DNA from: Candidatus Levyibacteriota bacterium
GTDB taxonomy: Bacteria; Patescibacteriota; Microgenomatia; Levybacterales; UBA12049
Direction: 5' to 3'
Assembly: GCA_016204425.1 (NCBI GenBank)
Contig: JACQKR010000017.1
Location: 1-24,000, forward strand
DNA: 24,000 nt
The notes below the pieces were generated by a model. It had not been told where the DNA came from and ran no database searches. It saw only the letters and a program-made list of their open reading frames with translations. Positions 1-7,600 of the stretch are shown here, one piece after another. A program made the position numbers and the translations under genes. Each line of letters begins with the position of its first letter. Within the stretch, counting starts at the first letter, position 1.

Positions 1-2019
1 GGACAAATACAACTACCCGATAAAGAAAATTTCAAAAAACTTTCTTATGATCTCCAATCTAAAGAGCTTGAGCAAATTGCGAAAAACAATGGCGCTCCTA
101 CAGCTTGGCAATATGTAAAAGACACTTTCAAAGGAGAAGGAGGATCTTCCGGTAATATTCATGACTTGGCTCACCTTTCAGGACTATTACTCTATGACAG
201 TTTTGGTTTTGAAGGAATTAAAAATTGCACTACCCATTTTGCTTTTGGTTGTTACCACGGCTTTTTAGATAAAGCTTTTTCAAAAAATCTTGGTCATCTT
301 TTGGATGCGCAAAACGCTTGTTTGAAATTGGGCCTTGACGGAAGCGGTCCGGTTGCAAGCTGTATTCATGGGATCGGCCACGGAGTTGCCTCTTTTTATT
401 CAACACAGGATTTAGAAAAAGCGCTTGTTACCTGCAGAAAACTGACATCCGGTAATGAGTACTGTTTTGACGGTGTATTTATGGAATTTGTCCGCTCCGC
501 GCCCGATTCATTTTTCAAAAGTAATGACCCATACTATCCTTGCAATAGTCTGGAAGCAAAATATGGATACGCTTATTCATCTGCCTGCGGCAGAAATCAG
601 CCTTCTCTTTTGATGAGCAGATTTAATATGGAATTTGATGAAGTAATTGGAGTCTGCCTCTCTTCTTCCTCAAAACCTTTTAAAGAAAGTTGTTTCGATG
701 CCCTAGGATTTTCTCTTGCGTCATCTGGAGACGTTAGCCAAATTATTTCAGGCTGCCAAAAAATGCAGGTACCGGAATATATCAATAAATGCATAAAAGC
801 TGCAGCGGGAGAATTGGTTTTCCAGGAAATACCAGGTTGGTCTGAAAAATCAAAAGATGTTTGCAACGCCTCTGAACAAAGTCAAGAGTGTTTGCAAAAC
901 GTAGATAGATTAATTAAAGAATACAATCGAAAATTCCAAATTAACTTTACTCCACAACAAAATGGAGAAGATATTAATCTATATGTCAGAAACCAGTTGA
1001 GAAAATGTTTTGAAACTGATGGCAGGGACGGATGCTACAAGCAAGCTGCAGATATATTGTATAGTCAATTTGGTTTGGCAAAAACACTAAAAGTTTTTAG
1101 AGAAAATGAGCAATACCCTGAAGTTTACGCAAGGTGTCACGAGGTGACTCATTATCTTTCCCGGTTGGAATATGATAATCAAAACAGTATTGCCAAAGTT
1201 TATGCTCAGTGTGATTCTACCTGTCATGGAGGATGTTACCACGGAACGCTGGAGGCATATCTGAAACAAAAAACAAATGATACGGGATTTAATTTAGCGA
1301 GTGAATTTGCCAAAGTTTGCGGAAAAGCTCAGGATTACCAAAAACCAATTGAATTGAATGAATGCCTTCATGGCATGGGGCATGCGGCAATGTTTGTGAC
1401 AAATATGGAACTTAAGCAGTCTTTAAAACTTTGCGACACGATTTCAAACCAGCAATACAAAGAAAGATGTTATACCGGTGTATTTATGGAAAATTCATCC
1501 TCCTCTACTTCTTTTGACCATGTCAGTATCTACATTAAAAAAGATGATCCTTTTTATCCATGCAACGCTCTTTCGGAAAAATATCAAAGCCTTTGCTGGC
1601 AGTACCAAAGTTCGTATTTTTCTATCATTAGTAACCAGGACTGGAGGAAGGTTGCGGATCTTTGTCTGCAAACTCCCAATAAGTATCAAGATCGATGCTT
1701 TAGAACTATTGGAACAAACCAAGTTGGCTTTACTCAATCTTTGGAAACCATGAAAAAAGATTGTGATCTTATGCCATCAGAACATTTTAAAAATATTTGC
1801 GTTGGGGGTGTTGTATCTTCTTTGTCCTATCGTTTTGTCGGAGACATGCAAAAGATGATAGATTTTTGTTCTCTCACCGATTCACAAAACAGAGAAAGCT
1901 GCTTTAAGCAAATTGGCAATGGTATTTTGGATTGGGATAAGAATAAAAATGTAGCAAAAAGTCAGTGCCAAAAGATTCCTGATCCCCAAGGAAAATCCTG
2001 GTGCCTAAGCGTAATTTGA
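1..2019 (+). CDS. Cys/His-rich repeat protein, 5'-partial (probably extracytoplasmic), no family recognised
   Basis: Frame 1 is open from base 1 (GQIQLPDKENF...), so the listed TTG at 166 is not the true start. Stop is TGA at 2017-2019. There are two super-repeats about 326 codons apart (IHDLAH at 157 vs CHEVTH at 1135). Each carries CYHG, C-x-HG-x-GH, C-x2-GVFME and DP-x-YPC motifs, followed by about 34-aa units of the form C-x10-11-C-[FWYV]-x2-[IV]G. Confidence 0.75.
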   Translation, partial: GQIQLPDKENFKKLSYDLQSKELEQIAKNNGAPTAWQYVKDTFKGEGGSSGNIHDLAHLSGLLLYDSFGFEGIKNCTTHFAFGCYHGFLDKAFSKNLGHLLDAQNACLKLGLDGSGPVASCIHGIGHGVASFYSTQDLEKALVTCRKLTSGNEYCFDGVFMEFVRSAPDSFFKSNDPYYPCNSLEAKYGYAYSSACGRNQPSLLMSRFNMEFDEVIGVCLSSSSKPFKESCFDALGFSLASSGDVSQIISGCQKMQVPEYINKCIKAAAGELVFQEIPGWSEKSKDVCNASEQSQECLQNVDRLIKEYNRKFQINFTPQQNGEDINLYVRNQLRKCFETDGRDGCYKQAADILYSQFGLAKTLKVFRENEQYPEVYARCHEVTHYLSRLEYDNQNSIAKVYAQCDSTCHGGCYHGTLEAYLKQKTNDTGFNLASEFAKVCGKAQDYQKPIELNECLHGMGHAAMFVTNMELKQSLKLCDTISNQQYKERCYTGVFMENSSSSTSFDHVSIYIKKDDPFYPCNALSEKYQSLCWQYQSSYFSIISNQDWRKVADLCLQTPNKYQDRCFRTIGTNQVGFTQSLETMKKDCDLMPSEHFKNICVGGVVSSLSYRFVGDMQKMIDFCSLTDSQNRESCFKQIGNGILDWDKNKNVAKSQCQKIPDPQGKSWCLSVI

Positions 2020-2231
2020 AATATTATTTTGCTATGGAATAGTGCTTCTATGTGTGACTGAAAAGAAGCGTATATCAAGAAAATAAACATTTATCAATCT
2101 GAGGCTAATACTTATTTTTCCTGCTTATTGTCATGGTGTAGGTAAGAAATAAAATATCAAAGGGAAGTAGAATCACTTGTCTAGTTCTGAACACGTCAAT
2201 CAGGGGGAGCAAATATCTTTTCCGACGCTCA

Positions 2232-2852
2232 TCATAGTCTTCTTTCTTTTCCGGATAATTTTTCTCTTAAGCTTTCTGATGAACCGTCGATTAGACCTTC
2301 TGGTTCAGTAACTTTCATCTCTTGTTCTAGTAAGCATTTGATGTCATGGGCCAAGCCAAGAAATAATAATCCACTACCACCTTCAGGAAGAGTAGTTCTT
2401 ATTCTATTGGCGATATATTCATCCCGTTCTTCTAAAAGAATTTGACTTACTTTTGCGTATTCCAACCGCGCCATACCTTTTTGCTCTTCATTTTCAGCAT
2501 TAAAAATAGCTTGTAAGGCATGGTATTCTTGGACTAAAAGAGAAGGGTCTTCCGTTCCCCTAATATGAGCGCCTTTATTCCTACACCAGCGAAGAAGTTC
2601 ATAATTGGGTGTTTGAGTTTCATTAACAATCCTCATTATAATTTCTGTTGCAGTATCGGGTAGACCGTCTTGGTATATTGTTAGTTTAGGAAAATCAAGG
2701 GGTAGCTGTTGGACATATTCAAAAACTAACCGCCAATAGTCAATGGCCCTGGTTTCGTATTCGGGGTCTACGCGGGTATTGCTTCCTAGACTACCAAAAT
2801 CAGCACTCGTATGGATAATAGGAATAATCATAAGATGACGTTTATCCTGCAT
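2232..2852 (-). CDS. hypothetical protein, possibly TraB/PrgY/GumN (Tiki-like) superfamily
   Basis: 206-aa ORF with an ATG start. The motif order IIPIIHTSADFGS ... ERDEYIANRI ... LLFLGLAHDI resembles the GTAHxS / ERDxxMA / GxGH order of TraB-GumN proteins (recalled from memory, not searched). TGaTATAAT lies 7 nt upstream of the ATG. Confidence 0.55.
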   Translation of the reverse strand: MQDKRHLMIIPIIHTSADFGSLGSNTRVDPEYETRAIDYWRLVFEYVQQLPLDFPKLTIYQDGLPDTATEIIMRIVNETQTPNYELLRWCRNKGAHIRGTEDPSLLVQEYHALQAIFNAENEEQKGMARLEYAKVSQILLEERDEYIANRIRTTLPEGGSGLLFLGLAHDIKCLLEQEMKVTEPEGLIDGSSESLREKLSGKERRL

Positions 2853-2922
2853 TCTTGGGATTATATCATTTATGTTATTTTGTAACCATTTTCCGCGCTA
2901 AGGAATAAGGTCTAACTTTTTC

Positions 2923-3366
2923 TCAGAGTTCAAACATCATATAGACGTCTGCTTCGTCTTCACGAATTTCTCTAAAACCAAGTTGATTGTATAATGTTCT
3001 GGGTGCTATCCATGACTTTGTCGTTTCAACCAATACTTTCTTATACCCCATCTCTCTTGCGTAATCCAACAAATGGGTCACGATTTCTTTCGCAACACCC
3101 TGCCTTCTATGATCCGGATGCACTGAGACCCGAACAATCTGCGCAACATTTGCATCCTTTGTTCTCATCAAACCGCCAGTACCGACAATCCTTCCATCTG
3201 CTTCCGCGACGAGAAACCTACATCCTTCTTGTACGTATGTCTTTTCGATAGCATACACATCAGGATTTAGGGTATTGTCTATAAAACCCCAGTATTCTTT
3301 CAAGCCGTTAAGGATAATTTCCTGTGCATATGGCTGGTCCTCTTTCTTAAAACTTCTGATAGTCAT
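2923..3366 (-). CDS. GNAT family N-acetyltransferase
   Basis: GNAT motif A (VHPDHRRQGVAKEIVTHLLDYAREMGY) and a C-terminal LYNQLGFRE. I chose the ATG at 3366 (MTIRSF...) because a TATAAT (3378-3373, minus strand) sits 6 nt upstream. The listed TTG at 3381 lies immediately upstream of that box. Confidence 0.85.
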   Translation of the reverse strand: MTIRSFKKEDQPYAQEIILNGLKEYWGFIDNTLNPDVYAIEKTYVQEGCRFLVAEADGRIVGTGGLMRTKDANVAQIVRVSVHPDHRRQGVAKEIVTHLLDYAREMGYKKVLVETTKSWIAPRTLYNQLGFREIREDEADVYMMFEL

Positions 3367-3506
3367 ACGGCAATTATACAATGGGGGAGGTATTTCAGAT
3401 TTAAAATATTTAGTATAATTTAGTCATGAAAAAGACAGAAAGCGTCGATGAGTGAGTAACCTCTCTCGTCTTTAACAGACAACCAACTTTCGGCAAGATT
3501 CCCCTC

Positions 3507-3535
3507 TTGCTATTTTCTAAAAATTTTGTTTAAAT
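3507..3535 (+). promoter_or_regulatory. sigma70-like promoter of VOC gene (TTGCTA-17-TTAAAT), -10 ends 6 nt before the ATG
   Basis: TTGCTA at 3507-3512, a 17-nt spacer, TTAAAT at 3530-3535, ATG at 3542. No SD sequence. Confidence 0.4.
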
Positions 3536-3541
3536 AACACC

Positions 3542-3961
3542 ATGAAAATGGATCCGGTCGTACACTTTGAGATGCCAGCCAAAGACAGAAAGCGTGTAGC
3601 AGATTTCTACACCAAAGCATTTGGGTGGCAGATGCAGCATTTGGGACAAGACATGGGGAGCTATGTCCTTGCGACAACGACTGTAGTTGATGAGAAGACG
3701 CAACGGCCAAAAAATCCGGGCGCAATTAACGGCGGCTTCTTCGAATACAATCCGAAAAATCCCGGCTTACAACACCCCTCTGTGGTCATTGCAGTTGACG
3801 ATATTAATGAAGCAATGAAAAAAGTAAAGGCAGCCGGAGGCAAGGTGCTTGGCGGTCAAAAGCAGGGAAAACCGGATGACATTCCAGGTGTCGGACTCTA
3901 TGTGTCATTTATAGATACAGAAGGCAACAGAGTCGGCATGCTCCAACCTACACAGATGTAA
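3542..3961 (+). CDS. VOC (glyoxalase/bleomycin-resistance/dioxygenase fold) family protein
   Basis: N-terminal VHFEMPAKDRKRVADFYTKAFGW and C-terminal SFIDTEGNRVGMLQ are typical of VOC proteins of about 140 aa. Confidence 0.85.
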   Translation: MKMDPVVHFEMPAKDRKRVADFYTKAFGWQMQHLGQDMGSYVLATTTVVDEKTQRPKNPGAINGGFFEYNPKNPGLQHPSVVIAVDDINEAMKKVKAAGGKVLGGQKQGKPDDIPGVGLYVSFIDTEGNRVGMLQPTQM

Positions 3962-4012
3962 CCTCAGAATATCCCTAAGGCTTCAGTTCACTCTTGCTAT
4001 ACTACTTCTATG

Positions 4013-4135
4013 AAAAACTGCGGGTTGGTTGTGCTGCCGAAATTCGCTGTTGTCGGAAAATGCCGGCAAGGGTATTTTTTGGATCCGGAAGGAAATACAT
4101 TTGGTTTATTTCAAGTAAACGAGTACGCAGTTTAA
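4013..4135 (+). pseudogene. 3' relic of a second VOC-family gene (C-terminal ~40 codons only)
   Basis: Frame 2 after the stop at 4010-4012 reads KNCGLVVLPKFAVVGKCRQGYFLDPEGNTFGLFQVNEYAV*. The GYFxDPEGNxFGLFQ signature is the conserved VOC C-terminal strand. No N-terminal half or start codon is present. Confidence 0.5.
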
Positions 4136-4248
4136 CAGGTGTCATTCCGAATTTATTTCGGAATCTAAGTAGATCCTGAATCAAGCTGAAAGTCCTGCGG
4201 CACAGCGTGCGGCATGGGTTCAGGATGACAAGAGAAGATTTTGAAGGG

Positions 4249-4719
4249 TTATTTTCCTTCGAAGGCTTTCTCAAGATCCGCAACGATAATTTTTTTCATT
4301 TTGAGCATCGCTTGCGTGGCATTTCCTGCTTTTTCTTTGTCCGGATCTGATATCAATTCATTGAGCCTTTGGGGGATAATTTGCCAGGACAAGCCGTATT
4401 TGTCTTTGAGCCACCCACACGCTGATTCTTCTCCACCATCTGCGATGAGCTTCTCCCAATAATAATCGACCTCTTCCTGGTCTTTACAATCAACGACAAA
4501 TGAAATCGCTTCAGTAAATTTAAAGAGAGGGCCGGCACTCATGAGCGTAAAATCCTGGCCGAAGAGTTCAATAGCAACAATCTCGACAGTACCCGAAGGA
4601 GTGTCTTCCATTATACTCGTGTTTTTAATTTTCGAATCCTTGAAAATGGAAGTATAGTATTCTGCTACTTTCTTGGCATCTTTCTCAAACCATAAGAACG
4701 GAGTTATTTTTTGTGCCAT
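4249..4719 (-). CDS. VOC-fold protein, PhnB-like / 3-demethylubiquinone-9 3-methyltransferase-domain family
   Basis: MAQKITPFLWFEKDAKKVAEYYTSIF ... CGWLKDKYGLSWQI is characteristic of this family. ATG at 4719 is preferred over the listed TTG at 4731. Confidence 0.8.
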   Translation of the reverse strand: MAQKITPFLWFEKDAKKVAEYYTSIFKDSKIKNTSIMEDTPSGTVEIVAIELFGQDFTLMSAGPLFKFTEAISFVVDCKDQEEVDYYWEKLIADGGEESACGWLKDKYGLSWQIIPQRLNELISDPDKEKAGNATQAMLKMKKIIVADLEKAFEGK

Positions 4720-4779
4720 AGTTACTTGCAATGATTTTATTTAATCCGATCCACAGTGTCAAGTTAGAAAATTGTAAAC

Positions 4780-4817
4780 AATTAAGTATTGACTTAATTA
4801 AGTAGAAACTTTATTAT
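4780..4817 (+). promoter_or_regulatory. promoter (TTGACT-17-TATTAT) with overlapping 8-4-8 inverted repeat, candidate ArsR operator
   Basis: AATTAAGT (4780-4787), ATTG spacer, ACTTAATT (4792-4799) form a perfect inverted repeat covering the -35 TTGACT (4789-4794). The -10 TATTAT is at 4812-4817. Confidence 0.45.
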
Positions 4818-5156
4818 ATGTTTATGGACATGTTTTCTGCGATCGCTGAGCCGACACGACGCAATATCATAGAAATGCTTGCGGCCCACGGCCAATTATC
4901 AGCCTCTGATATCTACCACAAATTTCAAGTAAGTCCCCCTGCCATCTCGCAACATCTAAAAGTTCTACGCGAAGCAAAACTCGTGCAAGTTGAAAAAAAA
5001 GCACAGCAAAGGATATACCAGATCAACCCCCATGCGATGAACGAAATCGAAGAATGGATAAGAAAAATGACAAAGACGTGGAACGAGCGCTTTGATGCGT
5101 TGGATAAATTATTGAAGATTGAAAAAAGAAAACTTACGAAAGGAGGGATAAAATGA
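4818..5156 (+). CDS. ArsR/SmtB family transcriptional regulator
   Basis: Winged-HTH signature: EPTRRNIIEMLAAHGQLSASDIYHKFQVSPPAISQHLKVLREAKLV. Three in-frame ATGs lie at 4818, 4824 and 4830. The promoter geometry favours 4824 (6 nt after the -10). The stop overlaps the next gene as ATGA. Confidence 0.9.
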   Translation: MFMDMFSAIAEPTRRNIIEMLAAHGQLSASDIYHKFQVSPPAISQHLKVLREAKLVQVEKKAQQRIYQINPHAMNEIEEWIRKMTKTWNERFDALDKLLKIEKRKLTKGGIK

Positions 5157-5650
5157 CGGATAAAAATGTCTTAGTAATCACACGTATTTTTGATGCGCCG
5201 GTTGCGACTGTTTGGAAGTATTGGACAGACGCGGAACATTTGAAGAAATGGTGGGGGCCAAAAGATTTTACCGCACCAAGTGTCACTATTGATTTTCGAG
5301 TCGGGGGCAAGTATCTTTCCTGCATGCGAGGAAAACCTACGCCTGATGCTCCTGAGCAGGATTTTTGGAGTACGGGAACGTATAAAGAAATCGTTCCGAT
5401 GAAGAAAATCGTCGTCACTGATAGTTTCGCAGATGAAAAAGGAAATGTCGTTTCATCAGAGCACTACGGCATGAAAGGTTTCCCGCTCGAGCTGGAGGTC
5501 ACGTTCGAGTTTGAAGAGATTGATGGAAAAACAAAAATGACTTTACATCACGTCGGTATCGCAGATATCGATGAGAAGATGCGGGAAGGCATGGATCAGG
5601 GATGGAATCAAAGCTTTGATAAGATCGATACGGCAGTGGCTGCCAAGTAG
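5153..5650 (+). CDS. SRPBCC superfamily protein (AHSA1/START-like)
   Basis: VITRIFDAPVATVWKYWTDAEHLKKWWGPKDFT is typical of the AHSA1-like SRPBCC family. The 4-nt ATGA overlap with the upstream ArsR gene matches the common ArsR-SRPBCC pairing. Confidence 0.85.
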   Translation: MTDKNVLVITRIFDAPVATVWKYWTDAEHLKKWWGPKDFTAPSVTIDFRVGGKYLSCMRGKPTPDAPEQDFWSTGTYKEIVPMKKIVVTDSFADEKGNVVSSEHYGMKGFPLELEVTFEFEEIDGKTKMTLHHVGIADIDEKMREGMDQGWNQSFDKIDTAVAAK

Positions 5651-5659
5651 TTTGTAGCG

Positions 5660-5710
5660 AGTAGCATGTTGCATGTATGAAAGTACGTGTATGCATGCTA
5701 CTTTCTATTT
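5660..5710 (+). terminator. candidate intrinsic terminator after the ArsR-SRPBCC operon
   Basis: AGTAGCATG (5660-5668) pairs with CATGCTACT (5694-5702). The 9-bp stem is followed by the T-rich TTCTATTTT. The loop is long (25 nt), so this call is only moderate. Confidence 0.4.
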
Positions 5711-5781
5711 TGTATTTACCATAGACTGGTTACCTTTAACTCTGGCAACTGTTGGAAATAATTGTTTATAATGAGAGATCT

Positions 5782-6957
5782 ATGAATAAAAAATTGTTTA
5801 CATTGCTTCTCGTTGTTTTTATTGACCTCATTGGGTTTGGGATTGTCATTCCAATTCTCCCACTTTTGGTAACACAAATTGGCGGCGGGACGATTCTTGT
5901 CGGAGCAATTATTGCTTCATTCTCATTGTTTCAATTTCTCTTCGGCCCGATTTTAGGGCGCCTCTCTGATAAATACGGGAGAAGACCGGTACTTATCCTC
6001 AGCTCCCTCTTGAATTCAGTATCGTATTTTTTCGTTTTTTTCTTCCCACAAATCTGGTTACTTTTCTTTGCAAGAATGCTTGCGGGTATTGGAAGCTCAA
6101 ATATTTCGGTCGCACAAGCATATATCGCAGACTCCTCAAAGGCTCATGAAAGGACAAAAGCGCTCGGCCTCATGGGCTCTATCTTTGGTTTGGGATTTAT
6201 CGTCGGACCGCTTCTTGGCGGGTTTGTCTCTCAGCAATTTTCGATTTCAGCTGCCTTTATCATACCCGCGGTTCTCTCGCTTCTCAATGCAATACTTATC
6301 TATTTTATTCTTCCGGAGTCAAACAAAAGCCTTCAAAAACACATAAAAATTGAGTTCATCAATGTTGCAATCGCAAAGGAAGTACTGAGGCCGAAAAATA
6401 TTGCCTTTCTTATCTTACTTTTTCTCTTTGTCAATTTTTCTCTGTCTTTAATCATTGGCGTTTTCTCACTTTTGGGACACGAGAAATTTGGCTGGAATGA
6501 GGGACAAAACGGATTATACTTTGGACTGATTGGTCTTAGCTCTTTTATAACGCAAATGTTTTTGATTCGAATGCTTCTAAAAAAACTGAGTGAAGTGCAA
6601 ATGATAAAGTTTGGGCTTATTGTCTTCAGCGCCTCAATAGTCCTGATGGGTCTGTCGCCTTTTCAGTGGCTTGTGATCCTTGCTGGCATAACTACTCCCT
6701 TTGCGGTAAGCCTTATCATGATCAATACGCAATCCCTCATATCCCTTGAGTCAAAGCCTGAAGAGCAGGGAATGGTCTTAGGTATAACGCAAAGCTTCGG
6801 ATCACTCGGTATGGTTTTTGGCCCACTGCTTGGAGGAGTTATCGGATCATTCAATCTGAGCTTACCATTTGCTCTGTCAGGAATCATGACCCTGGGGATA
6901 TTGTTTTTCGGGAAAAAGTATCTCACGTTTATTCATAACGAAAGAAATGGTAAATGA
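5782..6957 (+). CDS. MFS transporter, DHA1 drug:H+ antiporter-like
   Basis: Twelve hydrophobic segments, motif A GRLSDKYGRRPVL and antiporter motif GFIVGPLLGG. ATG at 5782 (MNKKLF...) was chosen because TATAAT (5767-5772) lies 9 nt upstream. Confidence 0.9.
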   Translation: MNKKLFTLLLVVFIDLIGFGIVIPILPLLVTQIGGGTILVGAIIASFSLFQFLFGPILGRLSDKYGRRPVLILSSLLNSVSYFFVFFFPQIWLLFFARMLAGIGSSNISVAQAYIADSSKAHERTKALGLMGSIFGLGFIVGPLLGGFVSQQFSISAAFIIPAVLSLLNAILIYFILPESNKSLQKHIKIEFINVAIAKEVLRPKNIAFLILLFLFVNFSLSLIIGVFSLLGHEKFGWNEGQNGLYFGLIGLSSFITQMFLIRMLLKKLSEVQMIKFGLIVFSASIVLMGLSPFQWLVILAGITTPFAVSLIMINTQSLISLESKPEEQGMVLGITQSFGSLGMVFGPLLGGVIGSFNLSLPFALSGIMTLGILFFGKKYLTFIHNERNGK

Positions 6958-7111
6958 GAAAAGCCGTGCGATTCCAGAACGATTAGGTTTTATAAAAGAG
7001 GGTGCATCACGCGAGTCGGGGTTGATAAGTGGCAAGTTTGTCGATCATTATTGGTATTCCCTCCTTGCAGATGAATGGAAGGATTGGGCCTATGTTGCTT
7101 ACCACAAATAA
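6947..7111 (+). pseudogene. 3' relic of a GNAT (RimJ/RimL-like) acetyltransferase gene
   Basis: The 54-codon frame-2 ORF reads MVNEKSRAIPERLGFIKEGASRESGLISGKFVDHYWYSLLADEWKDWAYVAYHK*. This matches only the C-terminal LGFxxEGxxRE...DxxxYSLLxxEW part of the family. Its 5' end overlaps the last 11 nt of the MFS gene. Confidence 0.55.
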
Positions 7112-7127
7112 TTTACGTATTTCTTTC

Positions 7128-7156
7128 TTGACAAACAAGACCTATTAAAGTAATCT
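7128..7156 (+). promoter_or_regulatory. sigma70-like promoter (TTGACA-17-TAATCT)
   Basis: TTGACA at 7128-7133, a 17-nt spacer, TAATCT at 7151-7156. The ATG is 13 nt downstream. Confidence 0.4.
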
Positions 7157-7169
7157 ACGTACACTAACT

Positions 7170-7541
7170 ATGTTGAATTTTAATTCTGTGATGATCGGGA
7201 CTCACCAGCCGAAAATCTTGGCTGAGTTTTATAAGAAGGTTTTTGACAGAAAGGCTGATTGGGAAGATGGCGGCTGGTATGGATGGCAAGTGGGAACGAC
7301 AAACATAACTATTGGAGAGCACTCAGAAGTGAAGGGATCATCTAAAGAACCGCAAAGAATACTCCTTAATTTTGAAACAAAAGAAGTCAAAAAAGAGTTT
7401 GACAGGATAAAAAAGACAGACGCTAAGGTCGTCAAAGAACCATACGAACCAGGAGAAGCTAAAGGAATGTGGATTGCGACCTTTGCAGATCCGGACGGAA
7501 ACTACTTCCAGCTCATGACCCCGTGGGAAAGCAACAACTAA
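7170..7541 (+). CDS. VOC (glyoxalase-fold) family protein
   Basis: SVMIGTHQPKILAEFYKKVF at the N-terminus and IATFADPDGNYFQLMTPW at the C-terminus. Confidence 0.85.
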   Translation: MLNFNSVMIGTHQPKILAEFYKKVFDRKADWEDGGWYGWQVGTTNITIGEHSEVKGSSKEPQRILLNFETKEVKKEFDRIKKTDAKVVKEPYEPGEAKGMWIATFADPDGNYFQLMTPWESNN

Positions 7542-7600
7542 CTACCAAATAACTTCTCATGCCTCTTGACTTTTCTTTTTCAATATTGAAATAATTGGCT

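Noticed and set aside
597-1753. Internal and antisense ORFs within the Cys-rich protein gene (597-866-, 1087-1269-, 1478-1753+, 1495-1737-)
   Set aside because: All are nested inside a long frame-1 ORF with strong internal repeat structure. Their translations lack features and are typical alternative-frame artefacts.
2020-2231. 212-nt intergenic region between convergent genes, with a GCTTCT...AGAAGC hairpin (~2045-2070), as a possible terminator or sRNA
   Set aside because: The stem is only 6 bp with a 14-nt loop and no following T-tract. No other structure or ORF signal was convincing.
3994-4283. ORFs 3994-4179(+) and 4008-4283(-) in the VOC/PhnB-like intergenic region
   Set aside because: They have no recognisable motifs, are Arg/Ser/Leu-rich like random-frame translation, and overlap each other. 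The region is better explained by the VOC 3' relic in frame 2 plus palindromic elements.
5153-5418. Minus-strand ORF 5134-5418 opposite the SRPBCC gene, and similar antisense ORFs opposite the MFS, msrA, upp, rpoD and dnaG genes
   Set aside because: Each is fully contained within a gene with family-level motif support on the other strand and has no independent start signal or motif.
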